Assembly: GCA_040954595.2 (NCBI GenBank)
Contig: CM082595.2
Coordinates: 9,413,918 to 9,477,917 of the forward strand
Origin: Balanoglossus misakiensis
Taxonomy: Eukaryota; Animalia; Hemichordata
Length of the DNA: 64,000 nucleotides
Direction of reading: 5' to 3'
Shown piece after piece: positions 14,801 to 29,800 of the stretch (positions are counted from its first letter, which is position 1; every line of letters begins with the position of its first letter). Under the pieces are notes generated by a model that had not been told where the DNA came from, searched no databases, and was given only the letters and a program-made list of their open reading frames with translations. A program made the translations under genes and the position numbers.

Positions 14801-17800
14801 ACAATTTCGTCGATTTTTGAAAAAAATCATGGGTGAAAATCATCAAAAAATGACACATTTTCGACTTTGCAAAATCTCAACATTTCGTCGATTTTTGAAA
14901 AAAATCATGGGTGAAAATCATCAAAAAATGACAAATTTTCGTCTTTGCAAAATCTCAAATTTTCGTCGATTTTTGAAAAAAAATCATGGTTGAAAATCAT
15001 CAAAAAATGACAAAATTTTCGACTTTGTAAAATCACAAAATTTCGTCAATTTTGAAAAAAATCATAGGTTCGCCGATTTTTTTAAAAAAAACATGGATGA
15101 AAATCATCAAAAAATGACAAATTTTCGACTTTGCAAAATCTCAAAATTTCATCAATTTTTGAAAAAATCATGGGTGAAAATCATCAAAAAATGACAAAAT
15201 TTTCGACTTTGCAAAATCTCAAAATTTCATCGATTTTTGAAAAAAAATCATGGTTGAAAATCATCAAAAAATGACAAAATTTTCGATTTTGCAAAATCAC
15301 ACAATTTCGTCGATTTTGAAAAAAATCATAGGTTCGTCGATTTTTTAAAAAAAAACATGGTTGAAAATCATCAAAAAATGACAAATTTTCGACTTTGCAA
15401 AATCTCAACATTTCGTCAATTTTTGAAAAATAACATGGGTGAAAATCATCAAAAAATGACAAATTTTCGACTTTGCAAAATCTTAAAATTTCGTCGATTT
15501 TTGAAAAAAAATCATGGGTGAAAATCATCAAAAAATGACACATTTTCGACTTTGCAATATCTAAAAATTTCGTCGATTTTTGAAAAAAAATCATGGGTAA
15601 AAATCATCAAAAAATGACAAATTTTCGACTTTGCAAAATCTCAAAATTTCGTCGATTTTGAAAAAAACCATTGGGGGAAGATCATCAAAAAATGACAAAA
15701 TATCGACTTTGCAAAATCTCAAAATTTCGTCCATTTTAAAAAAAAAACATGGGGGAAAATCATCAAAAAATGACAAATTATCGACTTTGCAAAATCTCAC
15801 AATTTCGTCGATTTTTGAAAAAAATCATGGGTGAAAATCATCAAAAAATGACAAATTTTCGACTTTGCAAAATCTCAACATTTCGTCGATTTTTGAAAAA
15901 AATCATGGGTGAAAATCATCAAAAAATGACAAATTTTCGTCTTTGCAAAATCTCAAATTTTCGTCGATTTTTGAAAAAAAATCATGGTTGAAAATCATCA
16001 AAAAATGACAAAATTTTCGACTTTGTAAAATCACAAAATTTCGTCAATTTTGAAAAAAATCATAGGTTCGCCGATTTTTTAAAAAAAAACATGGATGAAA
16101 ATCATCAAAAAATGACAAATTTTCGACTTTGCAAAATCTCAAAATTTCATCAATTTTTGAAAAAATCATGGGTGAAAATCATCAAAAAATGACAAAATTT
16201 TCGACTTTGCAAAATCTCAACATTTCGTCGATTTTTGAAAAAAAATCATGGGTGAAAATCATCAAAAAATGACAAATTTTCGACTTTGCAAAATCTCGAA
16301 ATTTCGTCAATTTTTGAAAAAAATCATGGGTGAAAATCATCAAAAAATTACAAATTTTCGACTTTGCAAAATCTCAAAATTTCGTCGATTTTGAAAAATA
16401 TCATAGGTTCGTCGATTTTTAAAAAAAAAACAAGGGTGAAAATCATCAAAAAATGACAAATTTTTGACTTTGCAAAATCTCAACATTTCGTCGATTTTGA
16501 AAAAAACCATTGGGGGAAGATCATCAAAAAATGACAAAATATCGACTTTGCAAAATCTCAAAATTTCGTCCATTTTAAAAAAAAAACATGGGGGAAAATC
16601 ATCAAAAAATGACAAATTATCGACTTTGCAAAATCTCACAATTTCGTCGATTTTTGAAAAAAATCATGGGTGAAAATCATCAAAAAATGACAAATTTTCG
16701 ACTTTGCAAAATCTCAACATTTCGTCGATTTTTGAAAAAAATCATGGGTGAAAATCATCAAAAAATGACAAATTTTCGTCTTTGCAAAATCTCAAATTTT
16801 CGTCGATTTTTGAAAAAAAATCATGGTTGAAAATCATCAAAAAATGACAAAATTTTCGACTTTGTAAAATCACAAAATTTCGTCAATTTTGAAAAAAATC
16901 ATAGGTTCGCCGATTTTTAAAAAAAAAACATGGATGAAAATCATCAAAAAATGACAAATTTTCGACTTTGCAAAATCTCAAAATTTCATCAATTTTTGAA
17001 AAAATCATGGGTGAAAATCATCAAAAAATGACAAAATTTTCGACTTTGCAAAATCTCAACATTTCGTCGATTTTGAAAAAAACCATTGGGGGAAGATCAT
17101 CAAAAAATGACAAAATATCGACTTTGCAAAATCTCAAAATTTCGTCCATTTTAAAAAAAAAACATGGGGGAAAATCATCAAAAAATGACAAATTATCGAC
17201 TTTGCAAAATCTCACAATTTCGTCGATTTTTGAAAAAAATCATGGGTGAAAATCATCAAAAAATGACAAATTTTCGACTTTGCAAAATCTCAACATTTCG
17301 TCGATTTTTGAAAAAAATCATGGGTGAAAATCATCAAAAAATGACAAATTTTCGTCTTTGCAAAATCTCAAATTTTCGTCGATTTTTGAAAAAAAATCAT
17401 GGTTGAAAATCATCAAAAAATGACAAAATTTTCGACTTTGTAAAATCACAAAATTTCGTCAATTTTGAAAAAAATCATAGGTTCGCCGATTTTTTAAAAA
17501 AAAACATGGATGAAAATCATCAAAAAATGACAAATTTTCGACTTTGCAAAATCTCAAAATTTCATCAATTTTTGAAAAAATCATGGGTGAAAATCATCAA
17601 AAAATGACAAAATTTTCGACTTTGCAAAATCTCAACATTTCGTCGATTTTGAAAAAAACCATTGGGGGAAGATCATCAAAAAATGACAAAATATCGACTT
17701 TGCAAAATCTCAAAATTTCGTCCATTTTAAAAAAAAAACATGGGGGAAAATCATCAAAAAATGACAAATTATCGACTTTGCAAAATCTCACAATTTCGTC

Positions 17801-20800
17801 GATTTTTGAAAAAAATCATGGGTGAAAATCATCAAAAAATGACAAATTTTCGACTTTGCAAAATCTCAACATTTCGTCGATTTTTGAAAAAAATCATGGG
17901 TGAAAATCATCAAAAAATGACAAATTTTCGTCTTTGCAAAATCTCAAATTTTCGTCGATTTTTGAAAAAAAATCATGGTTGAAAATCATCAAAAAATGAC
18001 AAAATTTTCGACTTTGTAAAATCACAAAATTTCGTCAATTTTGAAAAAAATCATAGGTTCGCCGATTTTTTAAAAAAAAACATGGATGAAAATCATCAAA
18101 AAATGACAAATTTTCGACTTTGCAAAATCTCAAAATTTCATCAATTTTTGAAAAAATCATGGGTGAAAATCATCAAAAAATGACAAAATTTTCGACTTTG
18201 CAAAATCTCAACATTTCGTCGATTTTTGAAAAAAAATCATGGGTGAAAATCATCAAAAAATGACAAATTTTCGACTTTGCAAAATCTCGAAATTTCGTCA
18301 ATTTTTGAAAAAAATCATGGGTGAAAATCATCAAAAAATGACAAATTTTCGACTTTGCAAAATCTCAACATTTCGTCGATTTTTGAAAAAAATCATGGGT
18401 GAAAATCATCAAAAAATGACAAATTTTCGACTTTGCAAAATCTCAAAATTTCGTCGATTTTTGAAAAAAATCATGGGTGAAAATCATCAAAAAATGACAA
18501 ATTTTCGACTTTGCAAAATCTCAACATTTCGTCGATTTTTGAAAAAAATCATGGGTGAAAATCATCAAAAAATGACAAATTTTCGACTTTGCAAAATCTC
18601 AACATTTCGTCAATTTTTGAAAACAATCATGGGTGAAAATCATCAAAAAATGACAAATTTTCGACTTTGCAAAATCTCAACATTTCGTCGATTTTTGAAA
18701 AAAATCATGGGTGAAAATCATCAAAAATTGACAAATTTTCGACTTTGCAAAATCTCAAAATTTCGTCAATTTTTGAAAAAATCATGGGTGAAAATCATCA
18801 AAAAATGACAAAATTTTCGACTTTGCAAAATCTCAAAATTTCGTCGATTTTGAAAAAAATCATAGGTTCGTCGATTTTTAAAAAAAAAACATGGGTGAAA
18901 ATCATCAAAAAATGACAAATTTTTGACTTTGCAAAATCTCACAATTTCGTCGATTTTTGAAAAAAATTATGGGTGAAAATCATCAAAAAATGACAAATTT
19001 TCGACTTTGCAAAATCTCAAAATTTCGTCCATTTTAAAAAAAAAAACATGGGGGAAAATCATCAAAAAATGACAAATTTTCGACTTTGCAAAATCTCAAA
19101 ATTTCGTCGATTTTGAAAAAAACCATTGGGGGAAAATCATCAAAAAATGACAAATTATCGACTTTGCAAAATCTCACAATTTCGTCGATTTTTGAAAAAA
19201 ATCATGGGTGAAAATCATCAAAAAATAACAAATTTTCGACTTTGCAAAATCTCAACATTTCGTCGATTTTTGAAAAAAATCATGGGTGAAAATCATCAAA
19301 AAATGACAAATTTTCGACTTTGCAAAATCTCAAAATTTCGTCAATTTTTGAAAAAATCATGTGTGAAAATCATTAAAAAATGACAAATTTTCGTCTATGC
19401 AAAATCTCAAAATTTCGTCGATTTTTGAAAAAAAATCATGGGTGAAAATCATCAAAAAATGACAAAATTTTCGACTTTGTAAAATCACAAAATTTCGTCG
19501 ATTTTGAAAAAAATCATAGGTTCGTCGATTTTAAAAAAAAAAACATGGGTGAAAATCATCAAAAAATGACAAATTTTCGACTTTGCAAAATCTCACAATT
19601 TCGTCGATTTTTGAAAAAAATCATGGGAGAAAATCATCAAAAAATGACAAATTTTCGACTTTGCAAAATCTCAACATTTCGTCGATTTTTGAAAAAAATC
19701 ATGGGTGAAGATCATCAAAAAATGACAAATTTTCGACTTTGCAAAATCTCAACATTTCGTCGATTTTTGAAAAAAATCATGGGTGAAAATCATCAAAAAA
19801 TGACAAATTTTCGACTTTGCAAAATCTCAAAATTTCGTCAATTTTTGAAAAAATCATGGGTGAAAATCATCAAAATCATGGGTGAAAATCATCAAAAAAT
19901 GACAAATTTTCGTCTATGCAAAATCTCAAATTTTCGTCGATTTTTGAAAAAAAATCATGGTTGAAAATCATCAAAAAATGACAAAATTTTCGATTTTGTA
20001 AAATCACAAAATTTCGTCGATTTTGAAAAAAATCATAGGTTCGTCGATTTTTAAAAAAAAAACATGGGTGAAAATCATCAAAAAATGACAAATTTTCGAC
20101 TTTGCAAAATCTCACAATTTCGTCGATTTTAGAAAAAAATCATGGGAGAAAATCATCAAAAAATGACAAATTTTCGACTTTGCAAAATCTCAAAATTTCG
20201 TCAATTTTTGAAAAAATCATGGGTGAAAATCATCAAAAAATGACAAAATTTTCGACTTTGCAAAATCTCAACATTTCGTCGATTTTTGAAAAAAATCATG
20301 GGTGAAAATCATCAAAAAATGACAAATTTTCGACTTTGCAAAATCTCAACATTTCGTCGATTTTTGAAAAAAATCATGGGTGAAAATCATCAAAAAATGA
20401 CAAATTTTCGACTTTGCAAAATCTCAACATTTCGTCAATTTTTGAAAACAATCATGGGTGAAAATCATCAAAAAATGACAAATTTTCGACTTTGCAAAAT
20501 CTCAACATTTCGTCGATTTTTGAAAAAAATCATGGGTGAAAATCATCAAAAAATGACAAATTTTCGACTTTGCAAAATCTCAAAATTTCGTCAATTTTTG
20601 AAAAAATCATGGGTGAAAATCATCAAAAAATGACAAAATTTTCGACTTTGCAAAATCTCAAAATTTCGTCGATTTTGAAAAAAATCATAGGTTCGTCGAT
20701 TTTTAAAAAAAAAACATGGGTGAAAATCATCAAAAAATGACAAATTTTTGACTTTGCAAAATCTCACAATTTCGTCGATTTTTGAAAAAAATTATGGGTG

Positions 20801-23800
20801 AAAATCATCAAAAAATGACAAATTTTCGACTTTGCAAAATCTCAAAATTTCGTCCATTTTAAAAAAAAAACATGGGGGAAAATCATCAAAAAATGACAAA
20901 TTTTCGACTTTGCAAAATCTCAAAATTTCGTCGATTTTGAAAAAAACCATTGGGGGAAAATCATCAAAAAATGACAAATTATCGACTTTGCAAAATCTCA
21001 CAATTTCGTCGATTTTTGAAAAAAATCATGGGTGAAAATCATCAAAAAATAACAAATTTTCGACTTTGCAAAATCTCACAATTTCGTCGATTTTTGAAAA
21101 AAATCATGGGTGAAAATCATCAAAAAATAACAAATTATCGACTTTGCAAAATCTCACAATTTCGTCGATTTTTGAAAAAAAATCATGGGTGAAAATCATC
21201 AAAAAATGACAAAATTTTCGACTTTGTAAAATCACAAAATTTCGTCGATTTTGAAAAAAATCATAGGTTCGTCGATTTAAAAAAAAAAAACATGGGTGAA
21301 AATCATCAAAAAATGACAAATTTTCGACTTTGCAAAATCTCACAATTTCGTCGATTTTTGAAAAAAATCATGGGAGAAAATCATCAAAAAATGACAAATT
21401 TTCGACTTTGCAAAATCTCAACATTTCGTCGATTTTTGAAAAAAATCATGGGTGAAGATCATCAAAAAATGACAAATTTTCGACTTTGCAAAATCTCAAC
21501 ATTTCGTCGATTTTTGAAAAAAATCATGGGTGAAAATCATCAAAAAATGACAAATTTTCGACTTTGCAAAATCTCAAAATTTCGTCAATTTTTGAAAAAA
21601 TCATGGGTGAAAATCATCAAAATCATGGGTGAAAATCATCAAAAAATGACAAATTTTCGTCTATGCAAAATCTCAAATTTTCGTCGATTTTTGAAAAAAA
21701 ATCATGGTTGAAAATCATCAAAAAATGACAAAATTTTCGATTTTGTAAAATCACAAAATTTCGTCGATTTTGAAAAAAATCATAGGTTCGTCGATTTTTA
21801 AAAAAAAAACATGGGTGAAAATCATCAAAAAATGACAAATTTTCGACTTTGCAAAATCTCACAATTTCGTCGATTTTAGAAAAAAATCATGGGAGAAAAT
21901 CATCAAAAAATGACAAATTTTCGACTTTGCAAAATCTCAAAATTTCGTCAATTTTTGAAAAAATCATGGGTGAAAATCATCAAAAAATGACAAAATTTTC
22001 GACTTTGCAAAATCTCAAAATTTCGTCGATTTTGAAAAATATCATAGGTTCGTCGATTTTTTAAAAAAAAACATGGGTGAAAATCATCAAAAAATGACAA
22101 ATTTTTGACTTTGCAAAATCTCACAATTTCGTCGATCTTTGAAAAAAATCATGGGTGAAAATCATCAAAAAATGACAAATTTTCGACTTTGCAAAATCTC
22201 AAAATTTCGTCGATTTTGAAAAAAACCATTGGGGGAAAATCATCAAAAAATGACAAATTATCGACTTTGCAAAATCTCACAATTTCGTCGATTTTTGAAA
22301 AAAATCATGGATGAAAATCATCAAAAAATTACAAATTTTCGACTTTGCAAAATCTCAACATTTCGTCGATTTTTGAAAAAAAATCATGGGTGAAAATCAT
22401 CAAAAAATGACAAATTTTCGACTTTGCAAAATCTCGAAATTTCGTCAATTTTTGAAAAAAATCATGGGTGAAAATCATCAAAAAATTACAAATTTTCGAC
22501 TTTGCAAAATCTCAAAATTTCGTCGATTTTGAAAAATATCATAGGTTCGTCGATTTTTTAAAAAAAAACATGGGTGAAAATCATCAAAAAATGACAAATT
22601 TTTGACTTTGCAAAATCTCACAATTTCATCGATTTTTGAAAAAAATCATGGGTGAAAATCATCAAAAAATGACAAATTTTCGACTTTGCAAAATCTCAAA
22701 ATTTCGTCGATTTTGAAAAAAACCATTGGGGGAAAATCATCAAAAAATGACAAATTATCGACTTTGCAAAATCTCACAATTTCGTCGATTTTTGAAAAAA
22801 AATCATGGGTGAAAATCATCAAAAAATTACAAATTTTCGTCTATGCAAAATCTCAAAATTTCGTAGATTTTTGAAAAAAATCATCGGTGAAAATCATCAA
22901 AAAATGACAAATTTTGAAAAAAAACGGGTGAAAATCATCAAAAAATGACACATTTTCGACTTTGCAAAATCTCAAAATTTCGTCGATTTTTGAAAAAAAT
23001 CACGGGTAAAAATCATCAAAAATGACAAATTTTCGTCTTTGCAAAATCTCAAATTTTCGTCGATTTTTGAAAAAAAATAGAAGTTGAAAATCATCAAAAA
23101 ATGACAAAATTTTCGACTTTGTAAAATCACAAAATTTCGTCGATTTTTGAAAAAAATCATGGGTGAAAATCATCAAAAAATGACAAATTTTCGACTTTGC
23201 AAAATCTCAACATTTCGTCGATTTTAGAAAAAAATCATGGGTGAAAATCATCAAAAAATGACAAATTTTCGACTTTGCAAAATCTCACAATTTCGTCGAT
23301 TTTTGAAAAAAATCATGGGAGAAAATCATCAAAAAATGACAAATTTTCGACTTTGCAAAATCTCAACATTTCGTCGATTTTTGAAAAAACATGGGTGAAA
23401 ATCATCAAAAAATGACAAATTTTTGACTTTGCAAAATCTCACAATTTCGTCGATTTTTGAAAAAAATCATGGGTGAAAATCATCAAAAAATGACAAAATT
23501 TTCGACTTTGCAAAATCTCAAAATTTCGTCGATTTTGAAAAATATCATAGGTTCGTCGATTTTTTAAAAAAAAACATGGGTGAAAATCATCAAAAAATGA
23601 CAAATTTTCGACTTTGCAAAATATCAAAATTTCGTCGATTTTGAAAAAAACCATTGGGGGAAAATCATCAAAAAATGACAAATTATCGACTTTGCAAAAT
23701 CTCACAATTTCGTCGATTTTTGAAAAAAATCATGGATGAAAATCATCAAAAAATTACAAATTTTCGACTTTGCAAAATCTCAACATTTCGTCGATTTTTG

Positions 23801-26800
23801 AAAAAAAATCATGGGTGAAAATCATCAAAAAATGACAAATTTTCGACTTTGCAAAATCTCGAAATTTCGTCAATTTTTGAAAAAAATCATGGGTGAAAAT
23901 CATCAAAAAATTACAAATTTTCGACTTTGCAAAATCTCAAAATTTCGTCGATTTTGAAAAATATCATAGGTTCGTCGATTTTTTAAAAAAAAACATGGGT
24001 GAAAATCATCAAAAAATGACAAATTTTTGACTTTGCAAAATCTCACAATTTCATCGATTTTTGAAAAAAAATCATGGGTGAAAATCATCAAAAAATGACA
24101 AATTTTCGACTTTGCAAAATCTCAAAATTTCGTCGATTTTGAAAAAAACCATTGGGGGAAAATCATCAAAAAATGACAAATTATCGACTTTGCAAAATCT
24201 CACAATTTCGTCGATTTTTGAAAAAAAATCATGGGTGAAAATCATCAAAAAATTACAAATTTTCGTCTATGCAAAATCTCAAAATTTCGTAGATTTTTGA
24301 AAAAAATCATCGGTGAAAATCATCAAAAAATGACAAATTTTGAAAAAAAACGGGTGAAAATCATCAAAAAATGACACATTTTCGACTTTGCAAAATCTCA
24401 AAATTTCGTCGATTTTTGAAAAAAATCACGGGTAAAAATCATCAAAAATGACAAATTTTCGTCTTTGCAAAATCTCAAATTTTCGTCGATTTTTGAAAAA
24501 AAATAGAAGTTGAAAATCATCAAAAAATGACAAAATTTTCGACTTTGTAAAATCACAAAATTTCGTCGATTTTTGAAAAAAATCATGGGTGAAAATCATC
24601 AAAAAATGACAAATTTTCGACTTTGCAAAATCTCAACATTTCGTCGATTTTAGAAAAAAATCATGGGTGAAAATCATCAAAAAATGACAAATTTTCGACT
24701 TTGCAAAATCTCAACATTTCGTCGATTTTTGAAAAAAATCATGGGAGAAAATCATCAAAAAATGACAAATTTTCGACTTTGCAAAATCTCAACATTTCGT
24801 CGATTTTTGAAAAAAATCATGGGTGAAAATCATCAAAAAATGACAAATTTTCGACTTTGCAAAATCTCAACATTTCGTCGATTTTTGAAAAAAATCATGG
24901 CTGAAAATCATCAAAAATGACAAATTTTCGACTTTGCAAAATCTCGAAATTTCGTTAATTTTTGAAAAAATCATGGGTGAAAATCATCAAAAAATTACAA
25001 ATTTTCGACTTTGCAAAATCTCAAAATTTCGTCGATTTTGAAAAATATCATAGGTTCGTCGATTTTTAAAAAAAAAAACATGGGTGAAAATCATCAAAAA
25101 ATGACAAATTTTTGACTTTGCAAAATCTCACAATTTCGTCGATTTTTGAAAAAAATCATGGGTGAAAATCATCAAAAAATGACAAATTTTCGACTTTGCA
25201 AAATCTCAAAATTTCGTCGATTTTGAAAAAAACCATTGGGGGAAAATCATCAAAAAATGACAAATTATCGACTTTGCAAAATCTCACAATTTCGTCGATT
25301 TTTGAAAAAAATCATGGGTGAAAATCATCAAAAAATTACAAATTTTCGACTTTGCAAAATCTCAACATTTCGTCGATTTTTGAAAAAAAATCATGGGTGA
25401 AAATCATCAAAAAATGACAAATTTTCGACTTTGCAAAATCTCGAAATTTCGTCAATTTTTGAAAAAAATCATGGGTGAAAATCATCAAAAAATGACAAAT
25501 TTTCGACTTTGCAAAATCTCAACATTTCGTCGATTTTTGAAAAAAATCATGGGTGAAAATCATCAAAAAATGACAAATTTTCGACTTTGCAAAATCTCAA
25601 AATTTCGTCAATTTTTGAAAAAATCATGGGTGAAAATCATCAAAAAATGACAAAATTTTCGACTTTGCAAAATCTCAAAATTTCGTCGATTTTGAAAAAA
25701 ATCATAGGTTCGTCGATTTTAAAAAAAAAAACATGGGTGAAAATCATCAAAAAATGACAAATTTTCGACTTTGCAAAATCTCAAAATTTCGTCCATTTTA
25801 AAAAAAAAAAACATGGGGGAAAATCATCAAAAAATGACAAATTTTCGACTTTGCAAAATCTCAAAATTTCGTCGATTTTGAAAAAAACCATTGGGGGAAA
25901 ATCATCAAAAATGACAAATTATCGACTTTGCAAAATCTCACAATTTCGTCGATTTTTGAAAAAAATCATGGGTGAAAATCATCAAAAAATTACAAATTTT
26001 CGTCTATGCAAAATCTCAAAATTTCGTAGATTTTTGAAAAAAATCATCGGTGAAAATCATCAAAAAATGACAAATTTTGAAAAAAAACGGGTGAAAATCA
26101 TCAAAAAATGACACATTTTCGACTTTGCAAAATCTCAAAATTTCGTCGATTTTTGAAAAAAATCATGGGTAAAAATCATCAAAAATGACAAATTTTCGTC
26201 TTTGCAAAATCTCAAATTTTCGTCGATTTTTGAAAAAAAATAGAAGTTGAAAATCATCAAAAAATGACAAAATTTTCGACTTTGTAAAATCACAAAATTT
26301 CGTCGATTTTGAAAAAAATCATAGGTTCGTAGATTTAAAAAAAAAAAACATGGGTGAAAATCATCAAAAAATGACAAATTTTCGACTTTGCAAAATCTCA
26401 CAATTTCGTCGATTTTTGAAAAAAATCATGGGAGAAAATCATCAAAAAATGACAAATTTTCGACTTTGCAAAATCTCAACATTTCGTCGATTTTTGAAAA
26501 AAATCATGGGTGAAAATCATCAAAAAATGACAAATTTTAGACTTTGCAAAATCTCAACATTTCGTCGATTTTTGAAAAAAATCATGGCTGAAAATCATCA
26601 AAAATGACAAATTTTCGACTTTGCAAAATCTCGAAATTTCGTCGATTTTTGAAAAAAATCATGGGTGAAAATCATCAAAAAATGACAAATTTTCGACTTT
26701 GCAAAATCTCAACATTTCGTCGATTTTTGAAAAAAATCATGGCTGAAAATCATCAAAAATGACAAATTTTCGACTTTGCAAAATCTCGAAATTTCGTCAA

Positions 26801-29800
26801 TTTTTGAAAAAATCATGGGTGAAAATCATCAAAAAATTACAAATTTTCGACTTTGCAAAATCTCAAAATTTCGTCGATTTTGAAGAAAACCATTGGGGGA
26901 AAATCATCAAAAAATGACAAATTATCGACTTTGCAAAATCTCTCAATTTCGTCGATTTTTGAAAAAAATCATGGGTGAAAATCATCAAAAAATGACAAAT
27001 TTTCGACTTTGCAAAATCTGAAAATTTCGTCGATTTTTGAAAAAAATCATGGGGGAAAATGATCAAAAAATGACAAATTTTCGACTGCAAAATCTCAAAA
27101 TTTCGTCAATTTTGAAAAAAATCATGGGTGAAAATCATCAAAAAATGACAATTTTTTTACTGCAAAATCTCAAAATTTCATCGATTTTTGAAAAAAATCA
27201 TGGGTGAAAATCATCAAAAAATGATAAATTTTCGACTTTGCAAAATCTCAAAATTTCGTCGATTTTTGAAGAAAATCAAGGGTGAAAATCATCAAAAAAT
27301 GACAAAATTTTCGACTTTGTAAAATCACAAAATTTCGTCGATTTTTGAAAAAAAATCATGAATGAAAATCATCAAAAAATGACAAAATTTTCGACTTTGA
27401 AAAATCACAAAATTTCGTCGATTTTTGAAAAAAATCATGGGTGAAAATCATGAAAAAATGACAAATTTTGAAAAAAAACCGGGTGAAAATTATCAAAAAA
27501 TGACACATTTTCGACTTTGCAAAATCTCAACATTTAGTCGATTTTTGAAAAAAATCATGGTTGAAAATCATCAAAAAATGACAAAATTTTCGACTTTGCA
27601 AAATCTCAACATTTCGTCGATTTTTGAAAAAAAATCATGGGTGAAAATCATCAAAAAATGACAAATTTTCGACTTTGCAAAATCTCAACATTTCGTCGAT
27701 TTTTGAAAAAAATCATGGGTGAAAATCATCAAAAAATGACAAATTTTCGACTTCGCAAAATCTCAAAATTTCGTCGATTTTTGAAAAAAATCATGGGTGA
27801 AAATCATCAAAAAATGACACATTTTCGACTTTGCAAAATCTCAAAATTTCGTCGATTTTTGAAAAAAAATCATGGGTGAAAATCATCAAAAAATGACAAA
27901 TTTTGAAAAAAAACGGGTGAAAATCATCAAAAAATGACACATTTTCGACTTTGCAAAATCTCAAAATTTCGTCGATTTTTGAAGAAAATCATGGGTGAAA
28001 ATCATCAAAAAATGACAAATTTTCGACTTTGCAAAATCTCAAAATTTCGTCGATTTTTGAAAAAAATCATGGGGGAAAATCATCAAAAAATTACAAATTT
28101 TCGACTGCAAAATCTCAAAATTTCGTCGATTTTTGAAAAAATCATGGGTGAAAATCATGAAAAAATGACAAATTTTCGACTTTGCAAAATCTGAAAATTT
28201 CGTCGATTTTTGAAAAAAATCATGGGGGAAAATGATCAAAAAATGACAAATTTTCGACTGCAAAATCTCAAAATTTCGTCAATTTTGAAAAAAATCATGG
28301 GTGAAAATCATCAAAAAATGACAATTTTTTTACTGCAAAATCTCAAAATTTCATCGATTTTTGAAAAAAATCATGGGTGAAAATCATCAAAAAATTATAA
28401 ATTTTCGACTTTGCAAAATCTCAAAATTTCGTCGATTTTTGAAGAAAATCAAGGGTGAAAATCATCAAAAAATGACAAAATTTTCGACTTTGTAAAATCA
28501 CAAAATTTCGTCGATTTTTGAAAAAAAATCATGGTTGAAAATCATCAAAAAATGACAAAATTTTCGACTTTGAAAAATCACAAAATTTCGTCGATTTTTG
28601 AAAAAAATCATGGGTGAAAATCATGAAAAAATGACAAATTTTGAAAAAAAACGGGTGAAAATCATCAAAAAATGACACATTTTCGACTTTGCAAAATCTC
28701 AACATTTCGTCGATTTTTTAAAAAAAATTGTTGAAAATCATCAAAAAATGACAAATTTTCGACTTCGCAAAATCTCAAAATTTCGTCGATTTTTGAAAAA
28801 AATCATGGGTGAAAATCATCAAAAAATGACACATTTTCGACTTTGCAAAATCTCAAAATTTCGTCGATTTTTGAAAAAAAATCATGGGTGAAAATCATCA
28901 AAAAATGACAAATTTTGAAAAAAAACGGGTGAAAATCATCAAAAAATGACACATTTTCGACTTTGCAAAATCTCAAAATTTCGTCGATTTTTGAAGAAAA
29001 TCATGGGTGAAAATCATCAAAAAATGACAAATTTTCGACTTTGCAAAATCTCAAAATTTCGTCGATTTTTGAAAAAAATCATGGGGGAAAATCATCAAAA
29101 AATTACAAATTTTCGACTGCAAAATCTCAAAATTTCGTCGATTTTTGAAAAAATCATGGGTGAAAATCATGAAAAAATGACAAATTTTCGACTTTGCAAA
29201 ATCTGAAAATTTCGTCGATTTTTGAAAAAAATCATGGGGGAAAATGATCAAAAAATGACAAATTTTCGACTGCAAAATCTCAAAATTTCGTCAATTTTGA
29301 AAAAAATCATGGGTGAAAATCATCAAAAAATGACAATTTTTTTACTGCAAAATCTCAAAATTTCATCGATTTTTGAAAAAAATCATGGGTGAAAATCATC
29401 AAAAAATGATAAATTTTCGACTTTGCAAAATCTCAAAATTTCGTCGATTTTTGAAGAAAATCAAGGGTGAAAATCATCAAAAAATGACAAAATTTTCGAC
29501 TTTGTAAAATCACAAAATTTCGTCGATTTTTGAAAAAAAATCATGGTTGAAAATCATCAAAAAATGACAAAATTTTCGACTTTGAAAAATCACAAAATTT
29601 CGTCGATTTTTGAAAAAAATCATGGGTGAAAATCATGAAAAAATGACAAATTTTGAAAAAAAAACGGGTGAAAATCATCAAAAAATGACACATTTTCGAC
29701 TTTGCAAAATCTCAACATTTAGTCGATTTTTGAAAAAAATCATGGTTGAAAATCATCAAAAAATGACAAAATTTTCGACTTTGCAAAATCTCAACATTTC

